DNA of 64,000 bases from Escherichia coli. Lineage in GTDB: Bacteria > Pseudomonadota > Gammaproteobacteria > Enterobacterales > Enterobacteriaceae. Shown in pieces: positions 20,415 through 32,553 of the stretch (position 1 is the stretch's first letter; each line of letters starts with the position of its first letter). The stretch lies in the NCBI RefSeq assembly GCF_050920415.1, contig NZ_CP169309.1, one strand, 5' to 3'. The notes below the pieces were generated by a model. The model searched no databases. It had not been told where the DNA came from and worked only from the letters and a program-made list of their open reading frames with translations. Position numbers and translations under genes: made by a program.

Positions 20415-21116
20415 ATGAAACATGACCATTTTGTTGTTCAAAGCCCGGATAAACCTGCACAACAGTTGTTACTGCTTTTCCACGGTGTCGGGGATAACCC
20501 GGTAGCGATGGGTGAGATCGGCAGCTGGTTTGCGCCGCTGTTTCCTGATGCACTGGTGGTGAGCGTCGGTGGCGCGGAGCCGAGCGGTAATCCGGCGGGG
20601 CGTCAGTGGTTTTCGGTACAGGGTATTACGGAAGATAATCGCCAGGCGCGTGTGGATGCCATCATGCCGACGTTTATTGAGACGGTGCGCTACTGGCAGA
20701 AACAGAGCGGAGTAGGGGCTAACGCCACGGCGCTAATCGGTTTCTCACAAGGCGCGATTATGGCACTGGAGAGCATTAAAGCCGAACCGGGTCTTGCTTC
20801 GCGCGTCATTGCCTTTAACGGACGTTACGCCAGCTTGCCGGAAACCGCGTCTACAGCCACGACAATTCACCTGATTCATGGCGGTGAAGATCCGGTTATC
20901 GATCTGGCGCATGCGGTTGCGGCGCAGGAAGCGTTAATCAGTGCCGGTGGTGACGTGACGCTGGATATTGTGGAGGATTTAGGCCATGCAATCGACAATC
21001 GCAGTATGCAATTTGCCCTGGATCACTTGCGTTATACCATACCGAAACATTATTTCGACGAAGCGCTAAGTGGTGGCAAACCTGGCGATGATGATGTAAT
21101 TGAAATGATGCAATAA
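20415..21116 (+). CDS. ypfH: Esterase (phospholipase/carboxylesterase family)
   Basis: Starts MKHDHFVVQSPDKP; alpha/beta hydrolase GFSQG nucleophile elbow. Confidence 0.9.
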   Translation: MKHDHFVVQSPDKPAQQLLLLFHGVGDNPVAMGEIGSWFAPLFPDALVVSVGGAEPSGNPAGRQWFSVQGITEDNRQARVDAIMPTFIETVRYWQKQSGVGANATALIGFSQGAIMALESIKAEPGLASRVIAFNGRYASLPETASTATTIHLIHGGEDPVIDLAHAVAAQEALISAGGDVTLDIVEDLGHAIDNRSMQFALDHLRYTIPKHYFDEALSGGKPGDDDVIEMMQ

Positions 21117-21120
21117 TAGC

Positions 21121-21205
21121 CTGGTAGGCCTGATAAGACGCGTGAGCGTCGCATCAGGCATCGTTCACCATTGCCGGATGCGGCATTAACGCCTTATCCG
21201 GCCAC
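21121..21205. repeat. REP elements (pair)
   Basis: GCCTGATAAGACGCGTGAGCGTCGCATCAGGC and GCCGGATGCGGCATTAACGCCTTATCCGGCC palindromes between convergent ypfH and ypfN. Confidence 0.7.
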
Positions 21206-21210
21206 TTAGC

Positions 21211-21411
21211 TTACTTCTTCGGTTGATCCTTTTTCGGCCAATCGTCGTCATCGTCCCACTTATCGTTGAAATCACGATGCGGGGGAAGCTCCGGCTTGTT
21301 GGCGAGAAATTTCTTATGGTCGACGCGCTTGAGATCTTTAATCACGTTCAGCAGGACGCCAACCAAAAAGACAATCACCAGAATCCACCAATATTTAGCC
21401 AGCCAGTCCAT
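21211..21411 (-). CDS. ypfN: Small membrane protein YpfN (UPF0370)
   Basis: Starts [26 protein letters not shown]; 66 aa with one TM helix and acidic tail. Confidence 0.85.
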
Positions 21412-21438
21412 GCTTATTTCCTCTTGCAGAACCACTCA

Positions 21439-22566
21439 TCAGGCGACGAGCTGTTCCATGATACGTTGATACATACGGGCAAGTAGCTGCAGGTCGGCAG
21501 CGTTCACACATTCATTAATTTTATGAATAGTGGCATTGACCGGCCCGAGTTCCACCACCTGCGCCCCCATGCGGGCAATAAAGCGCCCGTCAGACGTTCC
21601 GCCTGTGGTCAGTAGCTGCGGTTTAATTTCATTATAGTGCTCAACCGCGTTAACGACCGCATCCACCAGTTTGCCGCGCGCGGTCAAAAATGGCTGCCCG
21701 GAAAGCCACCAATCCACCGTATAACGCAGTTGATGTTTTTCAAGCAGGGCAAGCACCTGCGCTTTGATCATCTCATCCGTCAGTTCGGTGCTAAAGCGGA
21801 AGTTAAACTGCACAAACAGTTCACCCGGAATAACGTTGTTACTGCCCGTTCCCGCCTGAATATTGGCAATCTGCATACTGGTCGCCGGGAAAAATTCATT
21901 ACCCTGATCCCACTCGATAGCCACTAGCTCATTTAGGAAAGGTGCTGCGCGATGTACCGGGTTGTCAGCCAGATGCGGGTAGGCTACATGCCCCTGCACG
22001 CCATGAATGGTGAGGTTGCAGGTTAACGATCCGCGACGACCATTTTTCACCACGTCACCAACCACTTCGATGCTCGATGGTTCGCCGACCAGGCAGTAAT
22101 CGAGACGCTCATTACGCGCCATTAACGCTTCGACGACTTTTACCGTACCGTTGTGGGCACTGGCTTCTTCATCAGAAGTGATCAGGAATGCCAGTCGACC
22201 TGTATGGTTGGGATGTTGCGCGACAAAACGTTCTGCTGCTACCACCATCGCCGCCAGTGAGCCTTTCATATCTGCCGCGCCGCGCCCGAACAACATGCCG
22301 TCACGAATGGTTGGTTCAAACGGCGGATTAATCCAACGGTCTGCGTCGCCAGGCGGTACCACGTCGGTATGTCCGGCAAAGGCTAACGTTTCGCCCTGCC
22401 CACGCCACGCCCAAAAGTTTTGCGTATCGGCAAAGTCCATGCGTTCAACGGTAAAACCGATCGCCTGCAGACGTTCGATCATGATTGCCTGACATCCCGC
22501 ATCATCAGGGCTTAAGGATGGGCGGCGAATAAGCTGCTGGGTCAGCTCAATAACCGGGCACGACAT
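21439..22566 (-). CDS. dapE: Succinyl-diaminopimelate desuccinylase
   Basis: 375-aa M20 peptidase family ORF starting [20 protein letters not shown]. Confidence 0.95.
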   Translation of the reverse strand: MSCPVIELTQQLIRRPSLSPDDAGCQAIMIERLQAIGFTVERMDFADTQNFWAWRGQGETLAFAGHTDVVPPGDADRWINPPFEPTIRDGMLFGRGAADMKGSLAAMVVAAERFVAQHPNHTGRLAFLITSDEEASAHNGTVKVVEALMARNERLDYCLVGEPSSIEVVGDVVKNGRRGSLTCNLTIHGVQGHVAYPHLADNPVHRAAPFLNELVAIEWDQGNEFFPATSMQIANIQAGTGSNNVIPGELFVQFNFRFSTELTDEMIKAQVLALLEKHQLRYTVDWWLSGQPFLTARGKLVDAVVNAVEHYNEIKPQLLTTGGTSDGRFIARMGAQVVELGPVNATIHKINECVNAADLQLLARMYQRIMEQLVA

Positions 22567-22569
22567 AGA

Positions 22570-22944
<375 letters not shown>

Positions 22945-23306
22945 TTATGAGAATAAATACTCATTTAAGGGTGAAAACATTTTGCCTGCAAATCATTATC
23001 AAGAAATATAACATTATCGAAGTATTCAAATTAACAACTATTAAATAATATTAAACATTTTTAACGTAAGCATTAAGAATATTCATCTTGTTATCTGCCT
23101 GTATTTTAAACAGAATTAAACCAGTACTAGATTCCGTATGAATATCTCGAAATGTTGCTGTGTATCACATACAAATCATTGCTGCAGGACCATAGTATTT
23201 ACATAAAGTTTGTCCCCCGGAGGTAGTCATCGCAGCAATCGAGTAAATTAGCTTCACCACGGTATATTGTTTCCGTAGAATACCCATAATTATAAGAGAG
23301 GTTGTT

Positions 23307-23366
23307 ATGATTGAACGTGAACTGGGGAACTGGAAAGACTTTATCGAAGTTATGCTTCGTAAGTAA
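23307..23366 (+). CDS. ypfM: Small protein YpfM (19 aa)
   Basis: ATG...TAA encodes MIERELGNWKDFIEVMLRK with GAGAGG SD 6 nt upstream; not in ORF track because it is under the length cutoff; recognised as K-12 ypfM. Confidence 0.7.
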   Translation: MIERELGNWKDFIEVMLRK

Positions 23367-23425
23367 TTCCTGAGACAAAGTACAAACAGAAAGTACCTGC
23401 TGAACAGGTTCTTTATCGGAAAGTT

Positions 23426-23458
23426 GAAAAAGGCGACACATTGGTATGTCGCCTTTTT
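23426..23458. terminator. Bidirectional rho-independent terminator (ypfM / acrD convergent)
   Basis: AAAAAGGCGACA-cattggta-TGTCGCCTTTTT: GC-rich stem flanked by A-run and T-run. Confidence 0.75.
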
Positions 23459-23464
23459 AATTGC

Positions 23465-26400
23465 TTATTCCGGGCGTGGCTTCAGCGGGAAGCGGCGGCG
23501 TACCAACACAAAGAACAGCGGCACGAAGTAAATAGCCAGAATCGTGGCCGAAATCATCCCGCCCATTACGCCAGTACCCACCGCATGCTGGCCACCGGAA
23601 CCGGCCCCTGTGCTGGTTGCCATTGGCAATACGCCGAAGATAAAGGCCAGAGAGGTCATCAGAATCGGACGTAAACGCTGACGGCAGGCGTGGAGCGTCG
23701 CTTCAAACAGGTCGTGGCCTTTTTGGTTCATCTCGTTAGCAAACTCGACGATAAGGATGGCGTTTTTCGCCGATAAACCAATCACCGTTAACAGGCCTAC
23801 CTGGAAGTAAACGTCGTTTTCCAGCCCGCGCAGCCATGTTGCCAGCAGCGCGCCGATAACGCCCAGCGGCACGACCAGCATCACCGAGAACGGCACCGAC
23901 CAGCTTTCATACAGCGCCGCCAGACACAGGAATACCACCAGCAATGAAATGGCATACAGCGCCGGAGCCTGCGCGCCGGAGAGTCGCTCCTGATACGACA
24001 TCGCCGTCCATTCCAAACCAAAGCCGCTTGGCAACTGCTTCACTAACGATTCCATAATATCCATTGCCGTACCGGTGCTGACCCCCGGCGCGGCTTCCCC
24101 GACAATCTCTACCGCTGAATAACCGTTATAGCGTTCCAGACGCGGCGAGCCTGTTTCCCAGCGTGAGGTCGCGAAAGCAGAGAAGGGGACCATGCCACCA
24201 TCTTTATTTCGTACATACCAGAGATTGATGTCATCTGGCAGCATGCGATATGGCGCAGCTGCCTGCACATAGACTTTCTTCACGCGACCGCGATCCATAA
24301 AGTCATTCACATAGCTCGAACCCCACGCGGTTTGCAGCGTGTCGTTAATATCGTCGATAGCAACGCCCAGCGCCTGAGCTTTACGCTGATCGATATCAAT
24401 CTGCAACTGCGGACTGTCGTCGAGGCCGTTATGGCGTACACGGGTTAACTCCGGATTTTCCGCCGCCAGAGCCAGCAACTGGTTACGTGCTGCCATCAGC
24501 GCATCGTGACCCGCACCAGCGTGGTCCTGCAACTCCATATCAAAACCCGCAGAACTGCCAAGGCCACTAATTGCTGGCGGGCTGCTGGCGATAACGCGAG
24601 CTTCTTTAATCTTATTAAATTCCTTCGTTGCACGTTCGATAATGGCAAACGAGGTGCCGGTCTTACTGTCGCGTTCGCTCCAGTCTTTCAGGCGGATAAA
24701 CATTCGCGCCACGTTTTGCCCGTTACCCCCAGGGCCAGAACCAACGGTGGCAAACACTGACATGATGTTGTCTTTTTCATGGGTGAAGTAATATTTCTCG
24801 ATTTGCTCAACGACTTTCAGGGTCTGTTGTTGGGTTGAACCGCTGGGCAACTGTACCGAGGTAGTAAACATGCCACGGTCTTCCAGCGGCAAGAACGACG
24901 TCGGCAAACGCAGGAACAGGAACACCATGCCGCCAAGCAGCAGGACATAAATCACAATCCAGCGCAGGCTACGGTGGAGAATTTTTGCTACCCCTTTTTC
25001 GTAGCGTTCGGCGTTGCGGTTAAACATCTGGTTAAACCAGGCAAAAAAGCCTTTTTGCCCGTGATGCTCACCTTTTTTCAGTGGCTTAAGTAGCGTGGCG
25101 CACAGAGCCGGAGTGAGGATCATCGCTACCAGTACTGACAGCACCATCGCCGCAACAATGGTAATAGAGAACTGGCGATAGATAGCTCCGGTGGTGCCGC
25201 CGAAGAAGGCCATTGGCACAAATACCGCCGACAGCACCATCGCAATCCCGACCAGTGCTCCCTGGATCTGCCCCATCGATTTACGTGTGGCTTCGCGAGG
25301 AGTGAGTCCTTCCTCACTCATAATACGTTCGACGTTTTCCACCACCACGATGGCGTCATCCACCAGCAGACCGATCGCCAGCACCATCGCGAACATGGTT
25401 AAGGTGTTGACGCTGTAACCGAAGGCGTAAAGTACGGAGAAGGTTCCCATCAACACCACCGGCACGGCGATAGTTGGTATCAGCGTGGCACGGAAGTTTT
25501 GCAAGAACAGATACATAACGAGGAAAACCAGGGCGATAGCTTCCAGCAGCGTTTTCACCACGTCTTCAATGGAGGCTTTAACAAATGAGGTGGTTTCATA
25601 TGCCACCTTGTATTCCAGTCCATGTGGGAAGTACTGCGCCAGTTCGTCGAGACGATTGAGTACCAGCTCCGCTGTTGCCATTTCGTTCGCGCCGGAGGCC
25701 AGTTTTACCCCCAGCCCGGAGGCTGGCTTACCGTTGAAGCGGCTGAGATAATCGTATTTCTCTGCCCCCATTTCGACGGTGGCGACATCGCCCAGCCTTA
25801 CTTCTGAGCCGTCCTGATTCACCCGTAAGGTGATATCGCGGAACTGTTCTGGTGTTTGCAGCAGTGACTGGGCGTTAATGGTGGCGTTGAGCGCCTGCTT
25901 ATCGACGGAAGGCGTACCACCAAGTTGCCCAACCGCAATCTGCGCGTTCTGTGACTCAATGGCATCAGTGACATCTTTAGCCGTCATCTGAAAACTGTTG
26001 AGTTTCGCCGGGTCCAGCCAGATACGCATTGAATATTGCGAACCATAGGCATCGATATCCCCGACGCCATTCACGCGGCTTAATGGGTCCTGAATATTAC
26101 TGGCAACGTAATCGGCAATATCCTGCTTATCCATCGAACCATCGGTAGAGACGAAGGCAATGGTAAGAATGTTGGTATCGCCGGTTTTACGCACCGTCAC
26201 GCCCTGATTTTGCACCGCCTGCGGCAACTTTCGCATGGCTGATTGCAGCTGGTTTTGTACTTGCTGCACTGCTTCGTCCGGATCGGTGCCCGCTTTAAAA
26301 CTTAAGGTGACAGATGCCTGACCGGTGCCACTGCTTTGAGACGACATATACATGATATTATCGAGGCCGGTCATATTTTGCTCGATAACCTGGGTCACGG

Positions 26401-26578
26401 TGTTTTCCAGCGTCTGAGCCGATGCGCCGGGGTAGTTAGCGGTTACTCGCACGTTAGGCGGTGCAAGATCCGGGTATTGTTCAACGGGCAATGAGAAAAT
26501 CGCCAGGGTTCCTGTCAGACACAACAGGATTGCCAGCACCCAGGCAAAAATGGGGCGATCAATAAAGAAATTCGCCAT
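23465..26578 (-). CDS. acrD: RND aminoglycoside/multidrug efflux pump
   Basis: 1037-aa ORF, 12-TM RND transporter, starts [19 protein letters not shown]. Confidence 0.95.
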   Translation of the reverse strand: MANFFIDRPIFAWVLAILLCLTGTLAIFSLPVEQYPDLAPPNVRVTANYPGASAQTLENTVTQVIEQNMTGLDNIMYMSSQSSGTGQASVTLSFKAGTDPDEAVQQVQNQLQSAMRKLPQAVQNQGVTVRKTGDTNILTIAFVSTDGSMDKQDIADYVASNIQDPLSRVNGVGDIDAYGSQYSMRIWLDPAKLNSFQMTAKDVTDAIESQNAQIAVGQLGGTPSVDKQALNATINAQSLLQTPEQFRDITLRVNQDGSEVRLGDVATVEMGAEKYDYLSRFNGKPASGLGVKLASGANEMATAELVLNRLDELAQYFPHGLEYKVAYETTSFVKASIEDVVKTLLEAIALVFLVMYLFLQNFRATLIPTIAVPVVLMGTFSVLYAFGYSVNTLTMFAMVLAIGLLVDDAIVVVENVERIMSEEGLTPREATRKSMGQIQGALVGIAMVLSAVFVPMAFFGGTTGAIYRQFSITIVAAMVLSVLVAMILTPALCATLLKPLKKGEHHGQKGFFAWFNQMFNRNAERYEKGVAKILHRSLRWIVIYVLLLGGMVFLFLRLPTSFLPLEDRGMFTTSVQLPSGSTQQQTLKVVEQIEKYYFTHEKDNIMSVFATVGSGPGGNGQNVARMFIRLKDWSERDSKTGTSFAIIERATKEFNKIKEARVIASSPPAISGLGSSAGFDMELQDHAGAGHDALMAARNQLLALAAENPELTRVRHNGLDDSPQLQIDIDQRKAQALGVAIDDINDTLQTAWGSSYVNDFMDRGRVKKVYVQAAAPYRMLPDDINLWYVRNKDGGMVPFSAFATSRWETGSPRLERYNGYSAVEIVGEAAPGVSTGTAMDIMESLVKQLPSGFGLEWTAMSYQERLSGAQAPALYAISLLVVFLCLAALYESWSVPFSVMLVVPLGVIGALLATWLRGLENDVYFQVGLLTVIGLSAKNAILIVEFANEMNQKGHDLFEATLHACRQRLRPILMTSLAFIFGVLPMATSTGAGSGGQHAVGTGVMGGMISATILAIYFVPLFFVLVRRRFPLKPRPE

Positions 26579-26741
26579 TAAAAGAGGACCTCGTGTTTCT
26601 GCGTATTGTTGTTGGCATGCCTTGCTTCACTGTAGCGGCAAGGTACGGACCAATCGTGGAGAAAAAAAGGAGTTAATGTAAATTATCATGCCCTTTTATA
26701 CTGAACCTTAAGTGCAAGTATTCTTTGGTAAGTAGGTGGCA

Positions 26742-28442
26742 TTACATTAGCTGGCTTTCCTCACCCTCCGCAGAGCGAAAGCTAATACTCACTAACGTGC
26801 CGCCACCGGAAGGTTGTGAAAAAGTCAGCGTTCCACCCAGTCGTTCCGCGCGTTCGCGCATAATATTCAGACCATAGTGACCTTCGGGTTCTTTCGGTTC
26901 TCCGATGCCAATCCCGTTATCACGGATATAGACTGTGTGATTGCCGTCCGGCGCGGTGACGCAACTAACGGCTATTTCGCTGGCGTTGGCGTGCTTCATC
27001 GCATTGAGTACCGCTTCGCGAATAATTTGCAACAAATGCACCTGCATTTGCGCATCCAGCGCCAGTGTTGGCAGACGGCAGTCGAGAGTCAGTTTTGCGC
27101 TGGTTTGATTTTGTAACGTATCCAGCATTTCCCGCAACGCGGAGGGAAGATCCGCTTGCTGCAGCGTCAGGCGGAACGTGGTCAACAGCTCGCGTAACTG
27201 TCGATAAGCATCATTCAATGCCTGGGAGAAATCGGCCATGATATTTTGTGCGGTGGCGTTATCTTCCGGTATCGAACGTTTAAGTAACGTCAACTGGATA
27301 CGTAAGTAAGAAAGCACCTGGGCCAGCGAATCATGTAATTCCCGTGCGATGGTGGCACGTTCTTCCATCAACAGTAACTGCTGAAAATGCTTCTGCGCCT
27401 GATTAAAGTACAAACCGCGCCCCAGCATCGACGAAACGCTGTTAAGCAGCGGTTCTGATGATGACACGTGGCTATTTTGCCAGTGCAGTTCGCCGTAAAC
27501 CGTCTCTTGCATCGTTACCGGTAAAATCTGCATCGGCAATTCGGGGTTTGGTTTCCCTTCACTAATCCGCCAGTTTTCACCGACATTCAACTCCAGATAT
27601 TCAGCCGCTTCATTGTCGCGAACAATCTGCAAAATATGGCGGAAACAATGCACATCTATCTGGCTGGTGTTCAGCGCCTGCGAACACTGATACAACACCT
27701 CCAGGCGACGCTTGGCCTCGTGGAGATCACGGGTTTTTTCTTCTACTGAAGCTTCCAGCGAACGATACAATTTATGCAGCTCGCTCGACATCTGGTTAAA
27801 GGTTTTGGCCAACAGTCCCAGCTCATTGGGCAGACTGGTATCCAGCGGCGGCGAATCGAACTGGCCGTGTTCAATACGCTGACTGGCGGTAACCAGCTGA
27901 TTCAGCGGGGCAACCACCTGATGGCGTATGCGGCGCAGAGTAAAAAAGACCAGCGTGAAAATACCGATGCCGCCAGCCAGGGAGATCGCCACCACCAGCA
28001 GCATTTTGCGTTCGGCGTAGTGCTGTAAAGCCAGCACGAACAGGTCTATCTGATTAACATAATTATTAATATTGGCCTGATACCACGGCAAATCGCCCTT
28101 GCTGAGCCGATTATTCATCTCCAGCCAGTTGGCATTCAGATGCGCATAGCGGGTTTTTACTGCCTCTGGCACATACCAGACGTTGAGATTGGTTAACACC
28201 GGTGAGTGCAGTGCCTGTTGGAACAGCTGGCGATGCGCATTGAGTTGTGGACTGCCGCTTTGCAAGTCGTAGCCCAGGCGGTAACTCTGCATACGCAACG
28301 ATCCGGCAATATTGATAGCCTCAGCGTCGCGCAAACTGCTCGCCAGAGTTAGCAGTGCGATACCCGTGGAAAGAATCGACAGCAGCACAATGTAAAAAAA
28401 GGCCCGGGCCAGACTGGCCGAGACGGGGCGTTTAACAATCAC
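26742..28442 (-). CDS. narQ: Nitrate/nitrite sensor histidine kinase
   Basis: ORF 571 aa; recognised NarQ (566 aa) would start at GTG 28440-28442 (IVKRPVSASL...); HAMP and HisKA_3 (ELHDSLAQ) domains. Confidence 0.9.
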   Translation of the reverse strand: MIVKRPVSASLARAFFYIVLLSILSTGIALLTLASSLRDAEAINIAGSLRMQSYRLGYDLQSGSPQLNAHRQLFQQALHSPVLTNLNVWYVPEAVKTRYAHLNANWLEMNNRLSKGDLPWYQANINNYVNQIDLFVLALQHYAERKMLLVVAISLAGGIGIFTLVFFTLRRIRHQVVAPLNQLVTASQRIEHGQFDSPPLDTSLPNELGLLAKTFNQMSSELHKLYRSLEASVEEKTRDLHEAKRRLEVLYQCSQALNTSQIDVHCFRHILQIVRDNEAAEYLELNVGENWRISEGKPNPELPMQILPVTMQETVYGELHWQNSHVSSSEPLLNSVSSMLGRGLYFNQAQKHFQQLLLMEERATIARELHDSLAQVLSYLRIQLTLLKRSIPEDNATAQNIMADFSQALNDAYRQLRELLTTFRLTLQQADLPSALREMLDTLQNQTSAKLTLDCRLPTLALDAQMQVHLLQIIREAVLNAMKHANASEIAVSCVTAPDGNHTVYIRDNGIGIGEPKEPEGHYGLNIMRERAERLGGTLTFSQPSGGGTLVSISFRSAEGEESQLM

Positions 28443-28647
28443 ACGCGTCTTCTCCACATAAAATCATTAATGTTCCAGTTTGCTGAAATGCAATTTAATC
28501 AGTGATGGGATTATTTGATCTGCCACAGTTTATAGCGAAATAGTGACTTATTCTGGGCACATGAACATTGCCGATTCCCCTGTAAGTCGGGTAATAACAA
28601 CACTCATATAAAGAATAAGGTTTTTACAACCAAAAAAGAAGGTCGTT

Positions 28648-30627
28648 ATGAATCGTTTTATTATGGCCAACAGTCAGCAATGTCTGGGTTGTCATGCTTG
28701 TGAAATCGCCTGTGTCATGGCTCACAATGATGAGCAACATGTCCTGAGCCAACACCATTTTCATCCCCGAATTACGGTTATCAAACATCAGCAGCAACGT
28801 AGTGCGGTGACCTGTCACCATTGCGAAGATGCGCCCTGCGCCCGTAGTTGCCCTAATGGCGCGATCAGCCATGTTGATGACAGCATTCAGGTCAATCAGC
28901 AAAAGTGTATTGGCTGTAAATCCTGCGTGGTTGCTTGTCCATTTGGTACGATGCAAATCGTCCTGACACCCGTCGCGGCAGGCAAAGTTAAAGCCACGGC
29001 GCATAAATGCGACCTTTGTGCAGGTCGCGAAAGCGGTCCTGCCTGTGTCGAGAATTGTCCGGCGGACGCTCTGCAATTGGTCACTGACGCCGCACTCTCC
29101 GGCATAGCGAAATCTCGCCGCCTGCGCACCTCACGTCAGGAGCATCAACCGTGGCATGCCAGTACTGGGGCACCAGAAATGCCGGCGATGAGTAAAGTCG
29201 AGCAAATGCAGGCAACCCCCGCGCGAGGCGAGCCGGATAAACTGGCGATTGAAGCGCGCAAAACTGGTTTTGATGAAATTTATCTGCCATTTCGCGCCGA
29301 CCAGGCACAACGGGAAGCCTCGCGTTGCCTGAAGTGCGGCGAGCACAGCGTTTGTGAATGGACCTGCCCTCTGCATAACCACATTCCGCAGTGGATAGAG
29401 CTGGTGAAAGCCGGAAATATCGACGCCGCCGTCGAGCTTTCTCACCAGACCAACACCCTGCCAGAAATTACCGGACGTGTTTGCCCGCAAGACCGTCTGT
29501 GCGAAGGAGCCTGCACCATTCGCGATGAGCACGGAGCGGTAACTATCGGCAACATCGAACGCTACATTTCGGATCAGGCGTTGGCGAAAGGTTGGCGTCC
29601 TGACTTAAGCCATGTCATCAAAGTGGATAAGCGGGTGGCGATTATCGGTGCAGGTCCGGCAGGGCTAGCCTGTGCGGATGTTCTGATCCGCAATGGCGTG
29701 GAGGTGACGGTGTATGATCGCCATCCAGAAATCGGTGGCCTGCTCACCTTCGGCATTCCTTCTTTCAAACTGGATAAGTCCCTGCTGGCGCGTCGCCGGG
29801 AAATCTTCAGCGCGATGGGGATTCACTTCGAACTCAATTGTGAAGTGGGTAAAGATGTCACTTTGGATTCGCTTTTGGAACAATACGACGCGGTCTTCGT
29901 TGGCGTAGGCACTTACCGTTCCATGAAAGCGGGTTTACCTAATGAAGATGCGCCGGGCGTTTATGACGCGCTGCCATTCCTCATCGCCAACACTAAACAG
30001 GTGATGGGACTTGAAGAGTTACCTGAAGAGCCGTTTATCAATACCGCCGGACTCAATGTCGTGGTACTGGGCGGTGGCGACACCGCGATGGACTGTGTGC
30101 GTACCGCGCTGCGCCATGGCGCGAGTAATGTCACCTGTGCCTATCGTCGTGATGAAGCTAACATGCCTGGCTCGAAGAAGGAGGTGAAAAACGCCCGCGA
30201 AGAGGGGGCAAACTTCGAATTTAACGTCCAGCCGGTGGCGCTTGAGCTGAATGAGCAAGGTCATGTTTGCGGAATTCGTTTCCTGCGTACGCGTCTTGGC
30301 GAGCCGGATGCCCAGGGGCGTCGGCGTCCGGTGCCGGTGGAAGGCAGTGAGTTTGTGATGCCAGCCGATGCGGTGATCATGGCATTTGGTTTTAATCCTC
30401 ATGGTATGCCGTGGTTGGAGTCGCACGGTGTAACGGTGGATAAATGGGGCCGCATCGTAGCGGACGTTGAAAGCCAGTACCGTTACCAGACCACGAATCC
30501 GAAAATCTTCGCCGGTGGCGATGCCGTGCGTGGTGCGGATCTGGTGGTTACCGCAATGGCAGAAGGACGTCATGCGGCACAGGGGATCATTGACTGGCTG
30601 GGGGTAAAATCAGTCAAATCTCACTAA
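28648..30627 (+). CDS. aegA: Fe-S / FAD-NAD(P) oxidoreductase (glutamate-synthase beta-subunit-like), anaerobically expressed
   Basis: 659-aa ORF: N-terminal 4x4Fe-4S ferredoxin motifs, C-terminal GxGxxG (IIGAGPAGLACA) pyridine nucleotide-disulfide oxidoreductase domain. Confidence 0.9.
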   Translation: MNRFIMANSQQCLGCHACEIACVMAHNDEQHVLSQHHFHPRITVIKHQQQRSAVTCHHCEDAPCARSCPNGAISHVDDSIQVNQQKCIGCKSCVVACPFGTMQIVLTPVAAGKVKATAHKCDLCAGRESGPACVENCPADALQLVTDAALSGIAKSRRLRTSRQEHQPWHASTGAPEMPAMSKVEQMQATPARGEPDKLAIEARKTGFDEIYLPFRADQAQREASRCLKCGEHSVCEWTCPLHNHIPQWIELVKAGNIDAAVELSHQTNTLPEITGRVCPQDRLCEGACTIRDEHGAVTIGNIERYISDQALAKGWRPDLSHVIKVDKRVAIIGAGPAGLACADVLIRNGVEVTVYDRHPEIGGLLTFGIPSFKLDKSLLARRREIFSAMGIHFELNCEVGKDVTLDSLLEQYDAVFVGVGTYRSMKAGLPNEDAPGVYDALPFLIANTKQVMGLEELPEEPFINTAGLNVVVLGGGDTAMDCVRTALRHGASNVTCAYRRDEANMPGSKKEVKNAREEGANFEFNVQPVALELNEQGHVCGIRFLRTRLGEPDAQGRRRPVPVEGSEFVMPADAVIMAFGFNPHGMPWLESHGVTVDKWGRIVADVESQYRYQTTNPKIFAGGDAVRGADLVVTAMAEGRHAAQGIIDWLGVKSVKSH

Positions 30628-30694
30628 TAGCCTGCGCAGACAAATCCGGCTTCCCAGCGTAAGATAATTGTTCATTTCGCGCAGTGGAGTCGGT

Positions 30695-31270
30695 ATGACG
30701 CAACAAATCACCCTCATCAAAGACAAAATTCTCTCCGATAACTATTTCACCCTGCACAACATAACTTACGATCTCACGCGAAAAGATGGCGAAGTTATCC
30801 GCCATAAACGTGAAGTTTACGATCGCGGTAATGGTGCGACGATCCTCCTGTACAACGCGAAGAAAAAGACCGTCGTTCTGATTCGTCAGTTCCGCGTCGC
30901 TACCTGGGTTAATGGCAATGACAGCGGGCAGCTGATTGAAACCTGCGCCGGGCTGCTGGATAACGACGAACCGGAAGTGTGTATTCGCAAAGAAGCGATT
31001 GAAGAGACGGGGTATGAAGTTGGCGAAGTCCGCAAATTATTTGAACTGTATATGTCGCCAGGCGGTGTGACTGAGCTAATCCACTTTTTTATCGCCGAAT
31101 ACAGTGACAGCCAGCGCGCTAATGCGGGCGGTGGTGTCGAAGATGAAGATATTGAAGTGCTCGAGCTGCCGTTCAGCCAGGCGCTGGAGATGATCAAAAG
31201 CGGCGAAATACGTGACGGTAAGACGGTGTTATTGCTTAACTATTTGCAAATGTCACATTTAATGGACTGA
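30695..31270 (+). CDS. nudK: GDP-mannose pyrophosphatase (Nudix hydrolase)
   Basis: Starts [23 protein letters not shown]; Nudix box [21 protein letters not shown]; 191 aa. Confidence 0.9.
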   Translation: MTQQITLIKDKILSDNYFTLHNITYDLTRKDGEVIRHKREVYDRGNGATILLYNAKKKTVVLIRQFRVATWVNGNDSGQLIETCAGLLDNDEPEVCIRKEAIEETGYEVGEVRKLFELYMSPGGVTELIHFFIAEYSDSQRANAGGGVEDEDIEVLELPFSQALEMIKSGEIRDGKTVLLLNYLQMSHLMD

Positions 31271-31395
31271 AAAATAACAATAATATTTCGTTGTTTATTA
31301 TTGGCTCAATCCGATAAATCCGATTGAGCCGCGCTACCTGCGCAACGAAGATACGACTTGTGCTGTTTGTTTGAACTTCTGGGGTCGTACCGTCC

Positions 31396-32439
31396 ATGCG
31401 CTATCGCATTTTTCTTCTCTTTTTTTTCGCTTTATTGCCGACGTCTTTGGTGTGGGCGGCACCAGCGCAACGGGCATTTTCCGACTGGCAGGTCACCTGT
31501 AATAATCAAAATTTCTGTGTGGCGCGCAATACGGGCAATCATAATGGACTGGTGATGACCCTGAGCCGCAGCGCCGGGGCGCATACCGATGCCGTTTTAC
31601 GTATTGAGCGCGGCGGGTTGAAGTCGCCGGATGCGTCGGAAGGGGAGATAGCGCCACGGCTGCTGTTAGATGGCGAGCCGTTGGCGTTGAGTGGTAACAC
31701 GTGGCGGATTTCACCATGGTTATTAGTAACCGATGATACGACAACCATCACCGCGTTTTTGCAGATGATTCAGGAAGGGAAAGCGATCACCTTACGCGAC
31801 GGCGATCAGACCATTTCACTGAGTGGCTTAAAAGCAGCGTTGTTGTTTATTGATGCCCAGCAAAAGCGCCTCGGCAGTGAAACCGCGTGGATCAAGAAAG
31901 GGGACGAACCGCCGCTCAGCGTACCGCCAGCGCCTGCGCTAAAAGAGGTCGCGGTAGTGAACCCGACGCCGACCCCACTTTCTCGTGAAGAACGTAACGA
32001 TTTGCTGGATTACGGTAACTGGCGGATGAATGGTCTGCGCTGTTCGCTTGATCCGTTGCGTCGTGAAGTGAGCGTTACGGCGCTGACCGACGATAAAGCA
32101 TTAATGATGATTAGCTGTGAAGCAGGCGCGTATAACACCATTGATCTTGCGTGGATTGTGTCGCGTAAAAAGCCACTGGCTTCGCGCCCGGTACGGTTGC
32201 GTTTGCCGTTCAACAACGGTCAGGAGACCAATGAACTCGAACTGATGAACGCAACATTCGATGAAAAATCGCGTGAACTGGTGACCTTAGCGAAAGGGCG
32301 AGGATTAAGCGATTGTGGCATTCAGGCGCGCTGGCGCTTTGACGGTCAGCGTTTTCGCCTGGTGCGTTACGCTGCAGAACCCACCTGCGATAACTGGCAT
32401 GGACCAGACGCCTGGCCCACGTTGTGGATCACCCGTTAA
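31396..32439 (+). CDS. ypfG: DUF1176 family secreted protein
   Basis: 347-aa ORF with N-terminal signal peptide (MRYRIFLLFFFALLPTSLVWA). Confidence 0.85.
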   Translation: MRYRIFLLFFFALLPTSLVWAAPAQRAFSDWQVTCNNQNFCVARNTGNHNGLVMTLSRSAGAHTDAVLRIERGGLKSPDASEGEIAPRLLLDGEPLALSGNTWRISPWLLVTDDTTTITAFLQMIQEGKAITLRDGDQTISLSGLKAALLFIDAQQKRLGSETAWIKKGDEPPLSVPPAPALKEVAVVNPTPTPLSREERNDLLDYGNWRMNGLRCSLDPLRREVSVTALTDDKALMMISCEAGAYNTIDLAWIVSRKKPLASRPVRLRLPFNNGQETNELELMNATFDEKSRELVTLAKGRGLSDCGIQARWRFDGQRFRLVRYAAEPTCDNWHGPDAWPTLWITR

Positions 32440-32460
32440 ACATAATAGCGGGAACATGTC

Positions 32461-32552
32461 AGCCTGATAAGACGCGTCAGGCCGGATAAGACGCGGTAGG
32501 CCGGATAAGACGCGTCAGCGTCGCATCCGGCAATCAGCATCCGGCGATCACC
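32461..32552. repeat. REP element cluster
   Basis: Three tandem GATAAGACGCG-containing REP units followed by GCATCCGGC repeats between convergent ypfG and tktB. Confidence 0.7.
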
Positions 32553-32553
32553 A

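Noticed and set aside
28458-28647. FNR or NarL/NarP sites in the narQ-aegA divergent region
   Set aside because: No convincing TTGAT-N4-ATCAA or heptamer match found by eye; cannot be supported without a PWM scan.
32461-32552. Possible CRISPR or mobile-element terminal repeat
   Set aside because: Short GATAAGACGCG-type REP units in a convergent intergenic region with no transposase; standard E. coli REP cluster.
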